This document shows positions 53,390-63,953 of a stretch of DNA of 64,000 nt, piece after piece. The translations under genes were made by a program, and so were the position numbers. Position 1 is the stretch's first letter; the number at the start of each line of letters is the position of its first letter. This DNA is from Acutalibacteraceae bacterium. GTDB taxonomy: Bacteria; Bacillota; Clostridia; Oscillospirales; Acutalibacteraceae. The notes under the pieces are model-generated. The model did not search any database. It had not been told where the DNA came from and saw only the letters and a program-made list of their open reading frames with translations. The stretch is from NCBI GenBank assembly GCA_045596705.1, contig JAZOCW010000032.1:629-64628 (forward strand), given 5' to 3'.

Positions 53390-54219
53390 GCGGAAAGCTT
53401 TATGTGGTCGGAACGCCTATAGGTAATCTGGGCGATATGTCCCCCCGCGCTATTGAAACTCTCAGTAGTGTCGATTTTATTGCCGCTGAGGATACAAGGG
53501 TTACAATGAAACTGCTCAACCATTTTGATATACGTAAACCCCTTGTCAGCTATTTTGAACACAACAAGGCGGAAAAGACCGAAAAATTACTTAATAGGTT
53601 GCAAAACGGAGAAAATTGTGCTATTGTAACAGATGCAGGAATGCCTGCAATATCTGACCCCGGTGAGGACCTTGTCCGCGCCTGCCGAGAAAACGGTGTT
53701 GAGGTCGAGTCGGTTCCCGGACCCAGCGCTGTCATAACTGCGCTTTCGGTCTGCGGATTGAGCACAGGCAGATTCTGCTTCGAGGGCTTTTTGTCGGTCA
53801 ACAAGCAAAGCAGAAAAAGACATCTCGATTTGCTTAAGGACGAAACAAGGACAATGATATTTTACGAGGCGCCTCACAAGCTTCCTGCAACGCTCAAGGA
53901 TATGCTTGCGGCGTTCGGCGACAGGCAGATAGCGCTTTGTCGCGAGCTGACAAAGCTCCACGAAGAGGTGCGCAGGACAAGCCTTAGCGAGGCGGCAGAG
54001 TTTTATTTGCAAAACCCGCCGAGAGGCGAATTTGTACTTATAATTGAGGGAAAGAAAGAACAAGAGGCTGAGAAATTCACACTCGAACAGGCGGCAGAGC
54101 TTGCAATACAGCTGGTTTCGGGCGGCAGCAGCGCGTCGGCGGCGGCAAAAGAGGCTGCCGCAATAAGCGGACTGAAAAAAGGCGATATATACAGAATGAT
54201 TATTGAAAAGGAAGAGTAA
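53386..54219 (+). CDS. rsmI: 16S rRNA (cytidine1402-2'-O)-methyltransferase
   Basis: LYVVGTPIGNLGD and EDTR motifs of the tetrapyrrole-methylase-like RsmI family. Confidence 0.9.
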   Translation: MSGKLYVVGTPIGNLGDMSPRAIETLSSVDFIAAEDTRVTMKLLNHFDIRKPLVSYFEHNKAEKTEKLLNRLQNGENCAIVTDAGMPAISDPGEDLVRACRENGVEVESVPGPSAVITALSVCGLSTGRFCFEGFLSVNKQSRKRHLDLLKDETRTMIFYEAPHKLPATLKDMLAAFGDRQIALCRELTKLHEEVRRTSLSEAAEFYLQNPPRGEFVLIIEGKKEQEAEKFTLEQAAELAIQLVSGGSSASAAAKEAAAISGLKKGDIYRMIIEKEE

Positions 54220-54220
54220 A

Positions 54221-55327
54221 ATGGGAAAGCACGAGGAGATACGTTCCGAGTCGGTCGATATTTACAGCAGTGCCAAAAAGGTGAAAAAGGCTAAAAGGAA
54301 AAAGAAAAAAACCTCTGTCGGAAAGAGGATTGCAATAGCGATCCTGTCGGTATTTATCTGCATTATGCTGGTCGCTACCGGCGGATTGATTTTCCTTATG
54401 AATTATTTTGATTATAACAAGACCGAGGTCGATCTTGGCGCACTCGGTGTTAACAGCGAGGATTCGGAAGACCACATTGTAAATATTGCGCTTTTCGGAA
54501 TCGATACGAGAAATACCGCTTCAATGAAGGGTCTTTCCGATTCGATAATGATACTCAGCGTTAATAAGGAAACCAAGCAGTTAAAGCTTATTTCAGTAAT
54601 GCGTGACAGCGTTGTAATGGTTGACGGAAAGGCCGCCAAGATAAACTCTGCCTACAGCAAGGGCGGCGCGGAGCTTGCAATACGCACATTAAACGAAAAC
54701 TTCGGGTTGGATATAACCGATTACGCAACGGTAAACTTTGTAGGAATGGCAGAGCTTATTGATGTTGTCGGCGGAATAGACGCGGAGGTAACGCAGGCAG
54801 AGATAAATGACTCACTGCACGGAGTTAACTATCAAATACTGGAACAGTCAAATATGCTCGGAATTGAGCCTGAATATGTAAAGAATCCCGGACTGCAGAC
54901 CCTTAACGGAATACAGGCAGTCAGCTGGGCAAGAATACGCTATCAGCCCACTGCGGCTGGAGAGCGCGATGACTACGGCAGAACAGCCCGTCAGCGCCAC
55001 GTTATTAATCAGCTTTTCCAAAAGGCAAAGGAAATGAGCCTTTTTGAATATCCAAAGTTCATCAAAACGATGATACCCTATGTTGAGACCTCGCTTGACG
55101 AGAAGGAGATAGTATCGCTTGCTTATGCGGTTATAAAGGGCGGTACGCTCAACAGTACCCGCATACCGTACGATAACTGTTTGATAGGCGGTAACGGCGG
55201 TGTTGCAGGCGGCGTATATTACAATCTTGATTTCGCATCTGAGCTAATAAAGTCATATGTATATGACGACATCACCTTTGATGCGTATATTGAGGCAAAC
55301 GGAATAGATAAAACGCCCTGGCGTTAA
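54221..55327 (+). CDS. LytR-CpsA-Psr (LCP) family protein
   Basis: I chose the ATG at 54221. It has a basic N-terminus, one TM segment, and NIALFGIDTR...SDSIMILS.... Confidence 0.85.
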   Translation: MGKHEEIRSESVDIYSSAKKVKKAKRKKKKTSVGKRIAIAILSVFICIMLVATGGLIFLMNYFDYNKTEVDLGALGVNSEDSEDHIVNIALFGIDTRNTASMKGLSDSIMILSVNKETKQLKLISVMRDSVVMVDGKAAKINSAYSKGGAELAIRTLNENFGLDITDYATVNFVGMAELIDVVGGIDAEVTQAEINDSLHGVNYQILEQSNMLGIEPEYVKNPGLQTLNGIQAVSWARIRYQPTAAGERDDYGRTARQRHVINQLFQKAKEMSLFEYPKFIKTMIPYVETSLDEKEIVSLAYAVIKGGTLNSTRIPYDNCLIGGNGGVAGGVYYNLDFASELIKSYVYDDITFDAYIEANGIDKTPWR

Positions 55328-55394
55328 GAATATAAACTAACCGGTCATTATCCGGCTTCCGTCTTTCATATATTGAACAGATGGGGGTGGGGAG

Positions 55395-56375
55395 ATGACC
55401 GGTTTTTTTGCGCCTCATTTTTTGTTGACGGCGGCTGTTATATCGGCAGTGATATTTGTAAACGGATGGACCGATGCGCCTAACGCGGTTGCTACCTGTA
55501 TCGGCAGTGGGGCTATGAAGCCGCGCAGCGCAATAAATATGGCGGCAGTATTCAACCTTCTCGGCTTGCTTGTTATGTATGCGGTAAACGATTCGGTGGC
55601 GCGTAACATCGGTGAGTCGGTCAATCTGGGCGAGGAGAACAGGTTGACGGCTCTGTGCTCCGCAATGATAGCCATCGTGGTGTTTGCCGTTGCGGCATGG
55701 TTTTTCGGAATACCTACAAGCGAGGGGCACGCATTACTGGCGGCACTTGCAGGCTCGGCAGCGGCACAGGGAAACGGCGCGGGAATGGACGTTGGCTTTT
55801 GGGCATCGGTTATAGCGGGATTGCTTATAACCTCGGGCGCAGGGTTTGCGCTCGGTTTTCTCGGCAAACGGCTGTTAGGTAAAACGCGATTTGCCGAAAA
55901 AAGACGCTTTTTACGCCTGGGCGAGATAATTTCAGCCGCGTTGCTCGCTTTTATACACGGCGCGCAGGACGGACAGAAGTTTACTGCAGTACTGATACTG
56001 GGGTTGGGGCTTGCGGCACCCGAGAGCCGACCGCCGCGCTTGCCGGCTATACTTTACTGTGCCGCACTTATGGCGGCGGGAACGGCGGTAGGTGGAATGA
56101 GGATAATAAAAAAAGTCGGCAGTGGTATTACCACTGTCGACGAATGCGGCGGGCTTTGCTGTGACGTTGCCGCGTTTGTTTCATTGCTTGTATGTACCTT
56201 GCTCGGTATGCCGGTAAGCACTACCCACACAAAGACCACCGCCGTGCTTGGAGTAGGCGTTGCAAACCGAAGGGTAAATTTTCGCGCCTATGGGGCAATG
56301 GCGGTCACCTGGTTGCTGACTTTTCCGGTCTGCTTCGCGATAAGCTTTTTTATAACCAAGCTTTGTATCAGTTAG
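55395..56375 (+). CDS. inorganic phosphate transporter, PiT family
   Basis: GWTDAPNAVAT and GMPVSTTH signature repeats. Confidence 0.85.
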   Translation: MTGFFAPHFLLTAAVISAVIFVNGWTDAPNAVATCIGSGAMKPRSAINMAAVFNLLGLLVMYAVNDSVARNIGESVNLGEENRLTALCSAMIAIVVFAVAAWFFGIPTSEGHALLAALAGSAAAQGNGAGMDVGFWASVIAGLLITSGAGFALGFLGKRLLGKTRFAEKRRFLRLGEIISAALLAFIHGAQDGQKFTAVLILGLGLAAPESRPPRLPAILYCAALMAAGTAVGGMRIIKKVGSGITTVDECGGLCCDVAAFVSLLVCTLLGMPVSTTHTKTTAVLGVGVANRRVNFRAYGAMAVTWLLTFPVCFAISFFITKLCIS

Positions 56376-56832
56376 TGTCACCGCTCAGTGCGTTTATATC
56401 AACACCGCGCGGCTCTTGTGGGGTCGAAAAGACTATCTGTGTTTCGGTACTGCCGAACTTTTGCAGATTGCCTATAAATGTGTCGAGATTTTCGGTCGAA
56501 TCAAAGGCAACTTTTATGTGCATGGCAAAATGCCCCGTTACACAACTGCATTCCAACACATTGGGGTGCGAGCAGATAAAAGGGTAAAATTCCGGCTTTT
56601 GATCGGGACGCAGCTCAAGATTTATAAAAGCAATTACCGGAAACCCCAGTTTTTTAAGATTTATATCGGCGCGGTAGCCGGATATTACGCCCGCCTTTTC
56701 AAGATGTTCAATGCGAGCCGCGGCGGCGGGTGATGACAGAAAAACGCTCTGCGCTATTTGTTTAAGCGGCATACGAGCATTTTGTTGCAGCAGACTTAAA
56801 ATCTTTAAATCTATTTTATCCATTTGCTTCAC
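56368..56832 (-). CDS. Lrp/AsnC-family transcriptional regulator
   Basis: MDKIDLKILSLLQQNARMPLKQIA HTH plus a RAM domain. Its stop overlaps the convergent PiT gene by 8 nt. Confidence 0.85.
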   Translation of the reverse strand: MKQMDKIDLKILSLLQQNARMPLKQIAQSVFLSSPAAAARIEHLEKAGVISGYRADINLKKLGFPVIAFINLELRPDQKPEFYPFICSHPNVLECSCVTGHFAMHIKVAFDSTENLDTFIGNLQKFGSTETQIVFSTPQEPRGVDINALSGDTN

Positions 56833-56969
56833 CTCTTAATAATAATAACTCTAAAGCCTAAAAAAGTCAACAAACCGGCATGTGAGAACTAATATTTTAA
56901 AGTAGACCGGCTTGACAAGCATAGTATTAGGTAATAAAATATAAATAAGATTTTTTCGGGAGGGATCAT

Positions 56970-57503
56970 ATGAAAGCTTGCTGCTTTACCGGCTACCGAC
57001 CCGAGAAAAGTCCATTCCCGTATGACACACGAAATGCCGAATACATACGTTTTGAAAACAAGCTGCTCGAAGCAATAGGACAGACAATTTCCGACGGATA
57101 TGATACTTTTTATTGCGGCGGAGCAATGGGGTTTGATCTTCTTGCCGCTGAGCTGTTGCTTATAATGCGCCCTCTGCATAATTTCCGTTTGGTGGTTGCG
57201 GTTCCGTATGTCGGACAGGAAAACGGGTTCAGTGATGACTGGAAGGCACGCTACAAAAAGGTGCTGTCGAAAGCCGACGAGATCGTATATGTGTCGCAAG
57301 AGTATCACATGCGATGCTTTGCCGAACGGAACGAATACATGGTGGATAACAGCGAACGGATCATCGCGTTTTGTGACGGCAAAAAGGGTGGAACGCTTAA
57401 CACGTTGCGATATGCGAGAAGAAAAAATCGCGAAATAATAAACATAGCCGAGACACCTGCCGAAAAATTCAATTTTACTTTATTTGAGGTAATAGAAGAA
57501 TAA
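56970..57503 (+). CDS. DUF1273 / YpsA-like SLOG family protein
   Basis: CCFTGYRP...GYDTFYCGGAMGFDLLAAE is typical of the family. Confidence 0.7.
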   Translation: MKACCFTGYRPEKSPFPYDTRNAEYIRFENKLLEAIGQTISDGYDTFYCGGAMGFDLLAAELLLIMRPLHNFRLVVAVPYVGQENGFSDDWKARYKKVLSKADEIVYVSQEYHMRCFAERNEYMVDNSERIIAFCDGKKGGTLNTLRYARRKNREIINIAETPAEKFNFTLFEVIEE

Positions 57504-57534
57504 AAGCCTAACGAAAAGTTTTCGTTAGGCTTTT
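57502..57534. terminator. bidirectional terminator
   Basis: 12-bp stem agcctaacgaaa/tttcgttaggct, flanked by A and T runs. Confidence 0.8.
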
Positions 57535-57545
57535 AATGTAGCTGA

Positions 57546-59306
57546 TTAATTTGCTGTGACACAGGAGCAATCTTCGGTTATAAGCTTATCGTCGTGGGAA
57601 AAGACTCCTATCCATTCGTTATCTGCGATTTCGGCATTGCTGCAGAACCTTAACTTTATGCGGTAACCGCCGCACGGTCTGTTTTCTGTGGCGGGACTTT
57701 TGAAAATGCGGTTTTTTGCAAAGGACAACCCATCGCAGGAAAACGCATAAAGCACAGGTGTATCGGCACAGTCAAATATGTTGTTGTGAATATATATGTT
57801 TTTGTGGTATGGCTTTTTTATGTCGGGATCCGGGACTATGGGGCAAACACTTATGACCCCTTCACAGAACTGATACATAGAGGAAAGACAGGCGTCTGTA
57901 AAGATGTTGTTGCAGATCTCAACGTCGTGGCATTCGCCGGACTCGAACCAATAGTTTGAATCCCCGGCGACCAGAACAGCCGAGCCGGAAGAAGCAAAAT
58001 AGTTGTCGGATATTTTTACCGGTTTGGGAGTAGAAACAAGTATACCTCTGGCGCGGCAGCTGCCGAAACGGTTTTTGGTACAAACAAAGGCGGCAGTATG
58101 GGTGAGGTTGTCAAGCGCAAGCATTTCACCCTGCTCTGCCAAGGAAATTATCTCCTGAGCGAGGGGGCGGTCGAAACGGAGCACAAAGGTGTCCATATCC
58201 TCAAGAGTATAGGAAAGCACCTTTGCAGTTCCCGCGGGGGACATGCTTCTACGGTCGATAAATACGATCTCGTCGCCCTTTTCCGCCCAGTAGAGAAAAC
58301 CGCGCGCCTGCTCGTGGCGGTATTTACAGCGCAAAGAATATTCGTCCGCAACCTCATTTGCGGTCACACAGCAGCCGTGAACGTTTATCGGGTCGTCCAT
58401 AAGCCCTAAAAAAGCGCACTCGGTTATCGTTACCGTGCCACAGCAGCAGGTTATGTGCATTCCGTCGTCGCGTCCGCCGGAAATTCTGCGCCCCGAGGAT
58501 GTGTCGGGAATGAAGTGAACCCGACGGTATGTAAGGTCGCGGCAGAACTGCGCAAGACAGCCGAGTCCGCCGCAGGAATGGACCGTTACGTCCTCAAACG
58601 TGAGGTCTTCGCACTTTTCGGAGAAAATTCCGGCGTGCTTACGTTTATTGTGACGCAAAACAAATATGTTTCCAACGGCACAGTCTACATCGCAACCGAA
58701 GTGAAAGCGGTAGAGTGAATTATCCAGAGCCTCTATTTTTTGCGGAGTGAAACAGTCTCCCGTGCCCGCGCGGACACAGCAGTTGTTTGAATCGAATTGG
58801 ATCTGTCCGCGTCGCTCAAGGGGATACCACTCATCGTTGCCTATACAAAACTCAAGCCAGTCGTCTGCAAACCGGTGCGGGAAGGCGGCGGGATCAATAT
58901 AAAGATCTACGGTTTTTTCAGAAAAATCGGTAACCACACCTTCTGCTGTCAACGGCATTTTCCAGTTTATCGAAAAACCGCAAAACAAAATATTACGGCA
59001 GTGGTCCAGTGTCACGGGCTGCATATGACCCGAAAACCAAAGCTTTGCACCGTTGCCTCTAAACGCACAGTTTTGCATATTCTTCATCCAAAGGCCGAGC
59101 GTTCTGAAAGGAGCAACATCCGAATTGGAGATTCGGTAGTCTGCGCGCATCTCCTCTTTCGGCGAGAAATAGTAATCGCCGTTTTCAAAGATAAACTCGG
59201 TGTCGGAGGGGTGTTTTTTAAACAGTTCATATAGCGGGAGAGTGACGTCATTTCCGGGGAGTATGCCGTAATCTGATAGCCTGACGGAGTTTTTAAACGT
59301 AAGCAT
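57546..59306 (-). CDS. right-handed parallel beta-helix repeat protein (putative cytoplasmic glycosidase), Cys-rich
   Basis: 586 aa with no signal peptide. It has periodic ...N.F/I...G... beta-helix-like repeats, and I counted 33 Cys. Confidence 0.5.
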   Translation of the reverse strand: MLTFKNSVRLSDYGILPGNDVTLPLYELFKKHPSDTEFIFENGDYYFSPKEEMRADYRISNSDVAPFRTLGLWMKNMQNCAFRGNGAKLWFSGHMQPVTLDHCRNILFCGFSINWKMPLTAEGVVTDFSEKTVDLYIDPAAFPHRFADDWLEFCIGNDEWYPLERRGQIQFDSNNCCVRAGTGDCFTPQKIEALDNSLYRFHFGCDVDCAVGNIFVLRHNKRKHAGIFSEKCEDLTFEDVTVHSCGGLGCLAQFCRDLTYRRVHFIPDTSSGRRISGGRDDGMHITCCCGTVTITECAFLGLMDDPINVHGCCVTANEVADEYSLRCKYRHEQARGFLYWAEKGDEIVFIDRRSMSPAGTAKVLSYTLEDMDTFVLRFDRPLAQEIISLAEQGEMLALDNLTHTAAFVCTKNRFGSCRARGILVSTPKPVKISDNYFASSGSAVLVAGDSNYWFESGECHDVEICNNIFTDACLSSMYQFCEGVISVCPIVPDPDIKKPYHKNIYIHNNIFDCADTPVLYAFSCDGLSFAKNRIFKSPATENRPCGGYRIKLRFCSNAEIADNEWIGVFSHDDKLITEDCSCVTAN

Positions 59307-59321
59307 TATATCGTCCTTTCA

Positions 59322-61055
59322 TCAGTCATCTTCTCTAAACTGCAGAGAGTACAGGTGTGCATAGGTGCCGTCCAGTTTTATCAGTTCTTCGTGCGAGCCT
59401 TCTTCGGTAACCTTGCCATCGGAAATTACGGCAATGCGGTCAGCATTTTTAACGGTTGAAAGGCGGTGTGCGACAACTATGGTAGTGCGGCCTTTACAAA
59501 GCTCGTCAAGCGACTGCTGAATAAGTATCTCGGTTGTATTATCGAGCGCGCTGGTTGCTTCGTCAAGGATAAGGAGCGGAGGATCTTTAAGAAAGACCCG
59601 CGCAATGCTCAGTCTTTGTTTTTGTCCGCCCGAAAGGCGCACTCCCCGCTCGCCGATCTCGGTGTCGTATCCGTTGGGCAGAGACATAATGTAATCGTGA
59701 ATGTTGGCGCGTTTCGCCGCCTCCATCACGCTCTGCTCGTCGGCGTCGGGTCTGCCGTAGAGAATGTTGTCGCGAACGGTTGAATTGAAGAGATAAATAT
59801 CCTGCTGGACAATACCGATGTTCTTTCTGAGAGATGCCATCTGAATGTCGTTGATATTGGTCCCGTCTATCAGTATCTCGCCTGCATCAACTCCGTAAAA
59901 GCGGGGGATAAGGTGGCAAATGGTGGTCTTGCCTCCACCGCTGGGACCGACGAGTGCAAAGGTCTCACCCTGCTTTATGTCAAGGTTTATGTTGTGGAGC
60001 ACCTCTTTATCGCTGTTGTAGCCGTAGGAAACGTTTTTAAACTGAATATGTCCCGAAATACGCTCGACAGGTTTTGCGTCGGGCAGGTCGGCTTCGGACG
60101 GAGTGTCCATAATTTCGACAAATCGGGAGAAACCCGTAGCGCCATCCTGAAACTGCTCAACAAAGCCTATGAGCATACGGACGGGGGAGAGGAAGACATT
60201 GACCGAAACAAAAAAGGCGGAATAGTCGGCAAAGTCGATACTGCCGTTGTAGAGAAAAAGTCCGCCCGCTATGAGTATAACAACATTAAAAACATCGGTC
60301 ACAAACGACGTAGAGGAATGGAATTTACCCATAGCATCATAGGCGTCGCGTCGGGCTTCGACAAACTCGCTGTTTCCGGCCTCAAACTTGTCCTGTTCGC
60401 TTTTCGAGTTGGTAAACGCCTTTGTAACGCGAATGCCCGAAATGCTGTTTTCCAGTGCGGCATTGATGCGGGCTATAGACTGCCTGCTGCGCATAAATGC
60501 ATCATGCATACGCTTGCGAAGCATAGCCGAGATGAGTATAAGCAACGGAACGCAGACAAAAATTATCAGCGTCAACCAAATATTGATATAAGCGAGGTAA
60601 ATAAATGAAGCAACTATTGAAATAGAGGAAATAATGAGGTTTTCGGGACCGTGGTGAGCAAGCTCGCTTACCTGCATAAGGTCGTTGGTAAGACGCGACA
60701 TTATTTTTCCTGTTTCGTGGTTATCATAGAAGCTGTAGGGAAGCGTTTGAAGATGTGCAAACATCTCGCTGCGCATCTGTGCCTGCATCTTAACACCCAT
60801 CATATGTCCTTGGTACTGTATATAGTAGTTAAGCAGCATACGAATAAAATAAAGCAACAAAAGCCCCAAACCAAAGGAAAGTATCATCATATACTTTTGG
60901 TTGGGGATAAGGTCGTTTAACATATGCCGCGTTACCATCGGGTAGACGATACCGATCATAGAAACAAAAAAAGACGCCAGCATATCCAGCGCGAAAACCT
61001 TTTTGTGAGGTCGGTAGTAGCTTAAAAATCGTTTAAGCAAGAAAGGCACCTCCAT
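59322..61055 (-). CDS. ABC exporter, fused permease/ATPase (MsbA-like)
   Basis: I chose the start MEVPFLLKRF. It has 6 TM segments, Walker A GPSGGGKT, LSGGQKQR and Walker B LILDEATS. Confidence 0.85.
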   Translation of the reverse strand: MEVPFLLKRFLSYYRPHKKVFALDMLASFFVSMIGIVYPMVTRHMLNDLIPNQKYMMILSFGLGLLLLYFIRMLLNYYIQYQGHMMGVKMQAQMRSEMFAHLQTLPYSFYDNHETGKIMSRLTNDLMQVSELAHHGPENLIISSISIVASFIYLAYINIWLTLIIFVCVPLLILISAMLRKRMHDAFMRSRQSIARINAALENSISGIRVTKAFTNSKSEQDKFEAGNSEFVEARRDAYDAMGKFHSSTSFVTDVFNVVILIAGGLFLYNGSIDFADYSAFFVSVNVFLSPVRMLIGFVEQFQDGATGFSRFVEIMDTPSEADLPDAKPVERISGHIQFKNVSYGYNSDKEVLHNINLDIKQGETFALVGPSGGGKTTICHLIPRFYGVDAGEILIDGTNINDIQMASLRKNIGIVQQDIYLFNSTVRDNILYGRPDADEQSVMEAAKRANIHDYIMSLPNGYDTEIGERGVRLSGGQKQRLSIARVFLKDPPLLILDEATSALDNTTEILIQQSLDELCKGRTTIVVAHRLSTVKNADRIAVISDGKVTEEGSHEELIKLDGTYAHLYSLQFREDD

Positions 61056-61170
61056 AGCCGTTTGGGCAGTGTTTATTTTCAAATATTTAACAATTGAATG
61101 GTAACATATAAATTGATTTGTGTCAACTTTTCTGCTATAATATAAAAAATATTCCAAGAAAGGAAAAGCA

Positions 61171-62532
61171 ATGAAAAAATCCTACTCTGAAATCACTCCG
61201 TATATTGAGAAAATGGCGGCATTTTCTTGCAAAAACAATAATATAGAACCTGCTATGTATGAGCAGCATAAGGTCAATCGCGGTTTGCGCGATATGAACG
61301 GCAACGGCGTCGTAACGGGACTTACCGAAATATCAATGGTAAAGGCAAAGGAAAAACTTCCCGACGGAACTACAGCGCCCTGCCACGGAAAGCTTTGCTA
61401 CCGCGGAATAGACGTGCGAGATCTCGTTTCGGGGTTTACATCCGAAAACCGTTTCGGCTTTGAGGAAACGGCGTATCTTTTGCTGTTTTCAGAGCTTCCC
61501 GATAAAGCCGAGCTCGCCCGCTTTAATGAGCAGCTTTCGGAATACCGCAGTTTGCCTACTTCCTTTGTGCGCGATATGATACTCAAGGCCCCCGGCAAGG
61601 ATATGATGAACGTCCTGTCGCGCAGTGTGCTCGCACTTTACGCGTATGATGAAAATCCCGACGATATATCGGTCGCCAACGTATTACGCCAGAGCCTTCA
61701 GCTCATAGCATTGTTCCCAATGCTCGCGGTGTACGGTTATCAGTCGTTCCAGCATTATCATCAGGGAAAGAGCCTGTTTATACATCTGCCAAAGCCAGGG
61801 CTTTCAACGGCAGAAACGTTGCTTAATATCCTGCGTGAGAGTGGCGAATACACCCCGCTTGAGGCAAAGATACTTGACCTTGCGATGGTGTTACACGCCG
61901 AGCACGGCGGCGGTAACAACTCGACCTTTACGACCCACGTTGTCACATCGTCGGGAACCGACACGTATTCGTCGGTCGCGGCGGCGCTCGGTTCGCTTAA
62001 GGGTCCGCGCCACGGAGGGGCTAATATCAAGGTCGTCCGCATGTTTGATGATATGAAACAGAGCATAAACACTAAGGACAAAGGCGAAATTAAAGATTAC
62101 CTTGTCCGTTTGCTTGAAAAACAGGCGTTCGACAGGGCGGGCCTTATCTACGGTATGGGTCACGCCATATACTCTCTTTCCGATCCGCGCTCCGATATTC
62201 TTATGAAATACGCAAAGGATCTGTCGGTGGCAAAGGGCTATGAAGAGGAGTTTTCGCTTTATGAAACGGTCGCCGAAATGGCACCTGAAATAATCGCTGA
62301 AAAACGTAAGATGTATAAGGGTGTCAGCGCGAACGTTGACTTCTATTCGGGGCTTATTTATAAGATGCTCGAGCTGCCGTGTGAGCTTTATACACCGTTG
62401 TTTGCTATTTCACGCATAGCGGGCTGGAGTGCCCACCGAATTGAGGAGATACAAAATTCGGGCAAGATAATCCGCCCCGCATATATAAATGTCAAGCAGG
62501 AAAGAGGGTACAAGCGTCTTGAAGAAAGATAA
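61171..62532 (+). CDS. citrate synthase family protein (citrate/2-methylcitrate synthase)
   Basis: 453 aa with HAEHGGGNNSTF, GPRHGGAN and GMGHAIY motifs. Confidence 0.85.
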   Translation: MKKSYSEITPYIEKMAAFSCKNNNIEPAMYEQHKVNRGLRDMNGNGVVTGLTEISMVKAKEKLPDGTTAPCHGKLCYRGIDVRDLVSGFTSENRFGFEETAYLLLFSELPDKAELARFNEQLSEYRSLPTSFVRDMILKAPGKDMMNVLSRSVLALYAYDENPDDISVANVLRQSLQLIALFPMLAVYGYQSFQHYHQGKSLFIHLPKPGLSTAETLLNILRESGEYTPLEAKILDLAMVLHAEHGGGNNSTFTTHVVTSSGTDTYSSVAAALGSLKGPRHGGANIKVVRMFDDMKQSINTKDKGEIKDYLVRLLEKQAFDRAGLIYGMGHAIYSLSDPRSDILMKYAKDLSVAKGYEEEFSLYETVAEMAPEIIAEKRKMYKGVSANVDFYSGLIYKMLELPCELYTPLFAISRIAGWSAHRIEEIQNSGKIIRPAYINVKQERGYKRLEER

Positions 62533-63082
62533 CGGTAAAAACCTGCTCGCCCTGTTTTCTACTTTTTTTAAAATAGGTGCGTTTACCTTCGGCGGCGGCT
62601 ACGCTATGATACCGCTTATCCAACGCGAGGCCGCCGAGAAAAAAGGTTGGATAACCGAAGATGATATACTTGAAATAATCGCTATTGCCGAGTCCACCCC
62701 CGGACCTATTGCAATAAACGCCGCCACTTTTGTGGGGTACCGAGTCGGCGGAGTTTTGGGCGCAGTGTGCGCAACGCTGGGCGTGGTGTTGCCCTCGTTT
62801 GTTGTTATTTCCGCAATATCATTTGTTTTGCGTCAGTTTCAGTCAATACGGGCGGTGCAATACGCCTTTTTCGGTATACGTGCCGGCGTGCTTGCCTTGG
62901 TGCTCAAGGGGCTTTGGACGATGTATAAAAAGCTTAAAAAGTCTGCGCTTTCATACATCGTTGCAGGAGGCTCACTGCTTGCCGCAACGCTGTTGGATGT
63001 AAATGTGATCTTTGTCATAATCGGCTGTGCCGCGGTTGGGCTTATTTGGTCCCTCGCCGCAGAGAGGAGGGCAAAGAAATGA
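62489..63082 (+). CDS. chromate transporter family protein (short CHR, half 1)
   Basis: FFKIGAFTFGGGYAMIPL motif. The true start may be TTG at 62519 (GGAAAGAGGG upstream) rather than ATG at 62489. Confidence 0.75.
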   Translation: MSSRKEGTSVLKKDNGKNLLALFSTFFKIGAFTFGGGYAMIPLIQREAAEKKGWITEDDILEIIAIAESTPGPIAINAATFVGYRVGGVLGAVCATLGVVLPSFVVISAISFVLRQFQSIRAVQYAFFGIRAGVLALVLKGLWTMYKKLKKSALSYIVAGGSLLAATLLDVNVIFVIIGCAAVGLIWSLAAERRAKK

Positions 63083-63651
63083 TCTTTTTAGAGCTTTTCT
63101 GGACCTTCTTTAAGATAGGCCTTTTTACCTTCGGCGGCGGCTATGCGATGTTGCCTCTTATTCAAGCGGAGGTTCAGGCGCACGGCTGGATAGAAAGCGA
63201 AGCGCTGCTTAACTTCGTCGCCGTCAGCGAGTCTACCCCCGGCCCGTTTGCTATCAATATGGCAACCTATGTAGGATGTGAGATGGGCGGCATCTTCGGT
63301 GCGTTTTGTGCGACGTTTGGTGTTGTGTTACCCTCGTTTGTGATAATTCTGATCGTTGCCAAATGCTACGAAAAATTCAAGACCAACCGCATCGTTGCCG
63401 GATGTATGGCAGGGCTTAAGCCCGCTGTGATCGGTCTTATGGGTGCGGCTGTCATCTCGATTGCCACAACGGTATTTTTCTCGGGCGGGGTTTCAGCTGC
63501 GGTGCTTTCAGCCCCCGAAACCTACGTGTCGCTTGCGACCTTTGCGCTTATGACAGTGCTTGCGTTTAAAAAAGCGCACCCGATATTGATCGTGTGCTTA
63601 TCGGCGGTTATCGGTATCGCCGCAGGCTATGCGCTTCAGTTGCCAATATAA
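63079..63651 (+). CDS. chromate transporter family protein (short CHR, half 2)
   Basis: I chose the ATG at 63079, which overlaps the previous stop (ATGA). FFKIGLFTFGGGYAMLPL motif. Confidence 0.8.
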   Translation: MIFLELFWTFFKIGLFTFGGGYAMLPLIQAEVQAHGWIESEALLNFVAVSESTPGPFAINMATYVGCEMGGIFGAFCATFGVVLPSFVIILIVAKCYEKFKTNRIVAGCMAGLKPAVIGLMGAAVISIATTVFFSGGVSAAVLSAPETYVSLATFALMTVLAFKKAHPILIVCLSAVIGIAAGYALQLPI

Positions 63652-63750
63652 CAAATATCCCCTCGTATAACGGGGGGAATATTTCATTCCAAAAATCGAC
63701 TTAAAGAGAATGATGAAAAGTGAAGAGTGAAGAGGTAATAGAGAAAAAGT

Positions 63751-63782
63751 AAAAATCCTCGTACGAGAGTACGAGGATTTTT
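63751..63782 (-). terminator. intrinsic terminator at the end of the tRNA-Glu transcription unit
   Basis: 10-bp stem atcctcgtac/gtacgaggat, flanked by A5 and T-rich sequence. Confidence 0.7.
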
Positions 63783-63802
63783 GGTGACCCGGACGGGATT
63801 CG
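63781..63802 (-). repeat. 22-nt exact duplicate of the tRNA-Glu 3' end (att-like scar / tRNA fragment)
   Basis: ttggtgacccggacgggattcg is identical at 63781-63802 and 63953-63974. Similarity stops inside the T-loop. Confidence 0.8.
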
Positions 63803-63953
63803 CCACGGCGCTTTGCGCCTACACGCCCACGTCGGCAAAAACAGTCCACCGGACTGTTTTTTTCCGCAAGCAGGCTTGCTCCCTCCTGTTCGAATCCCTG
63901 TGCAGATAAAAAACAAAGAAGAAACCACCCGCAAGGGGTAATTTCTTCTTTAT

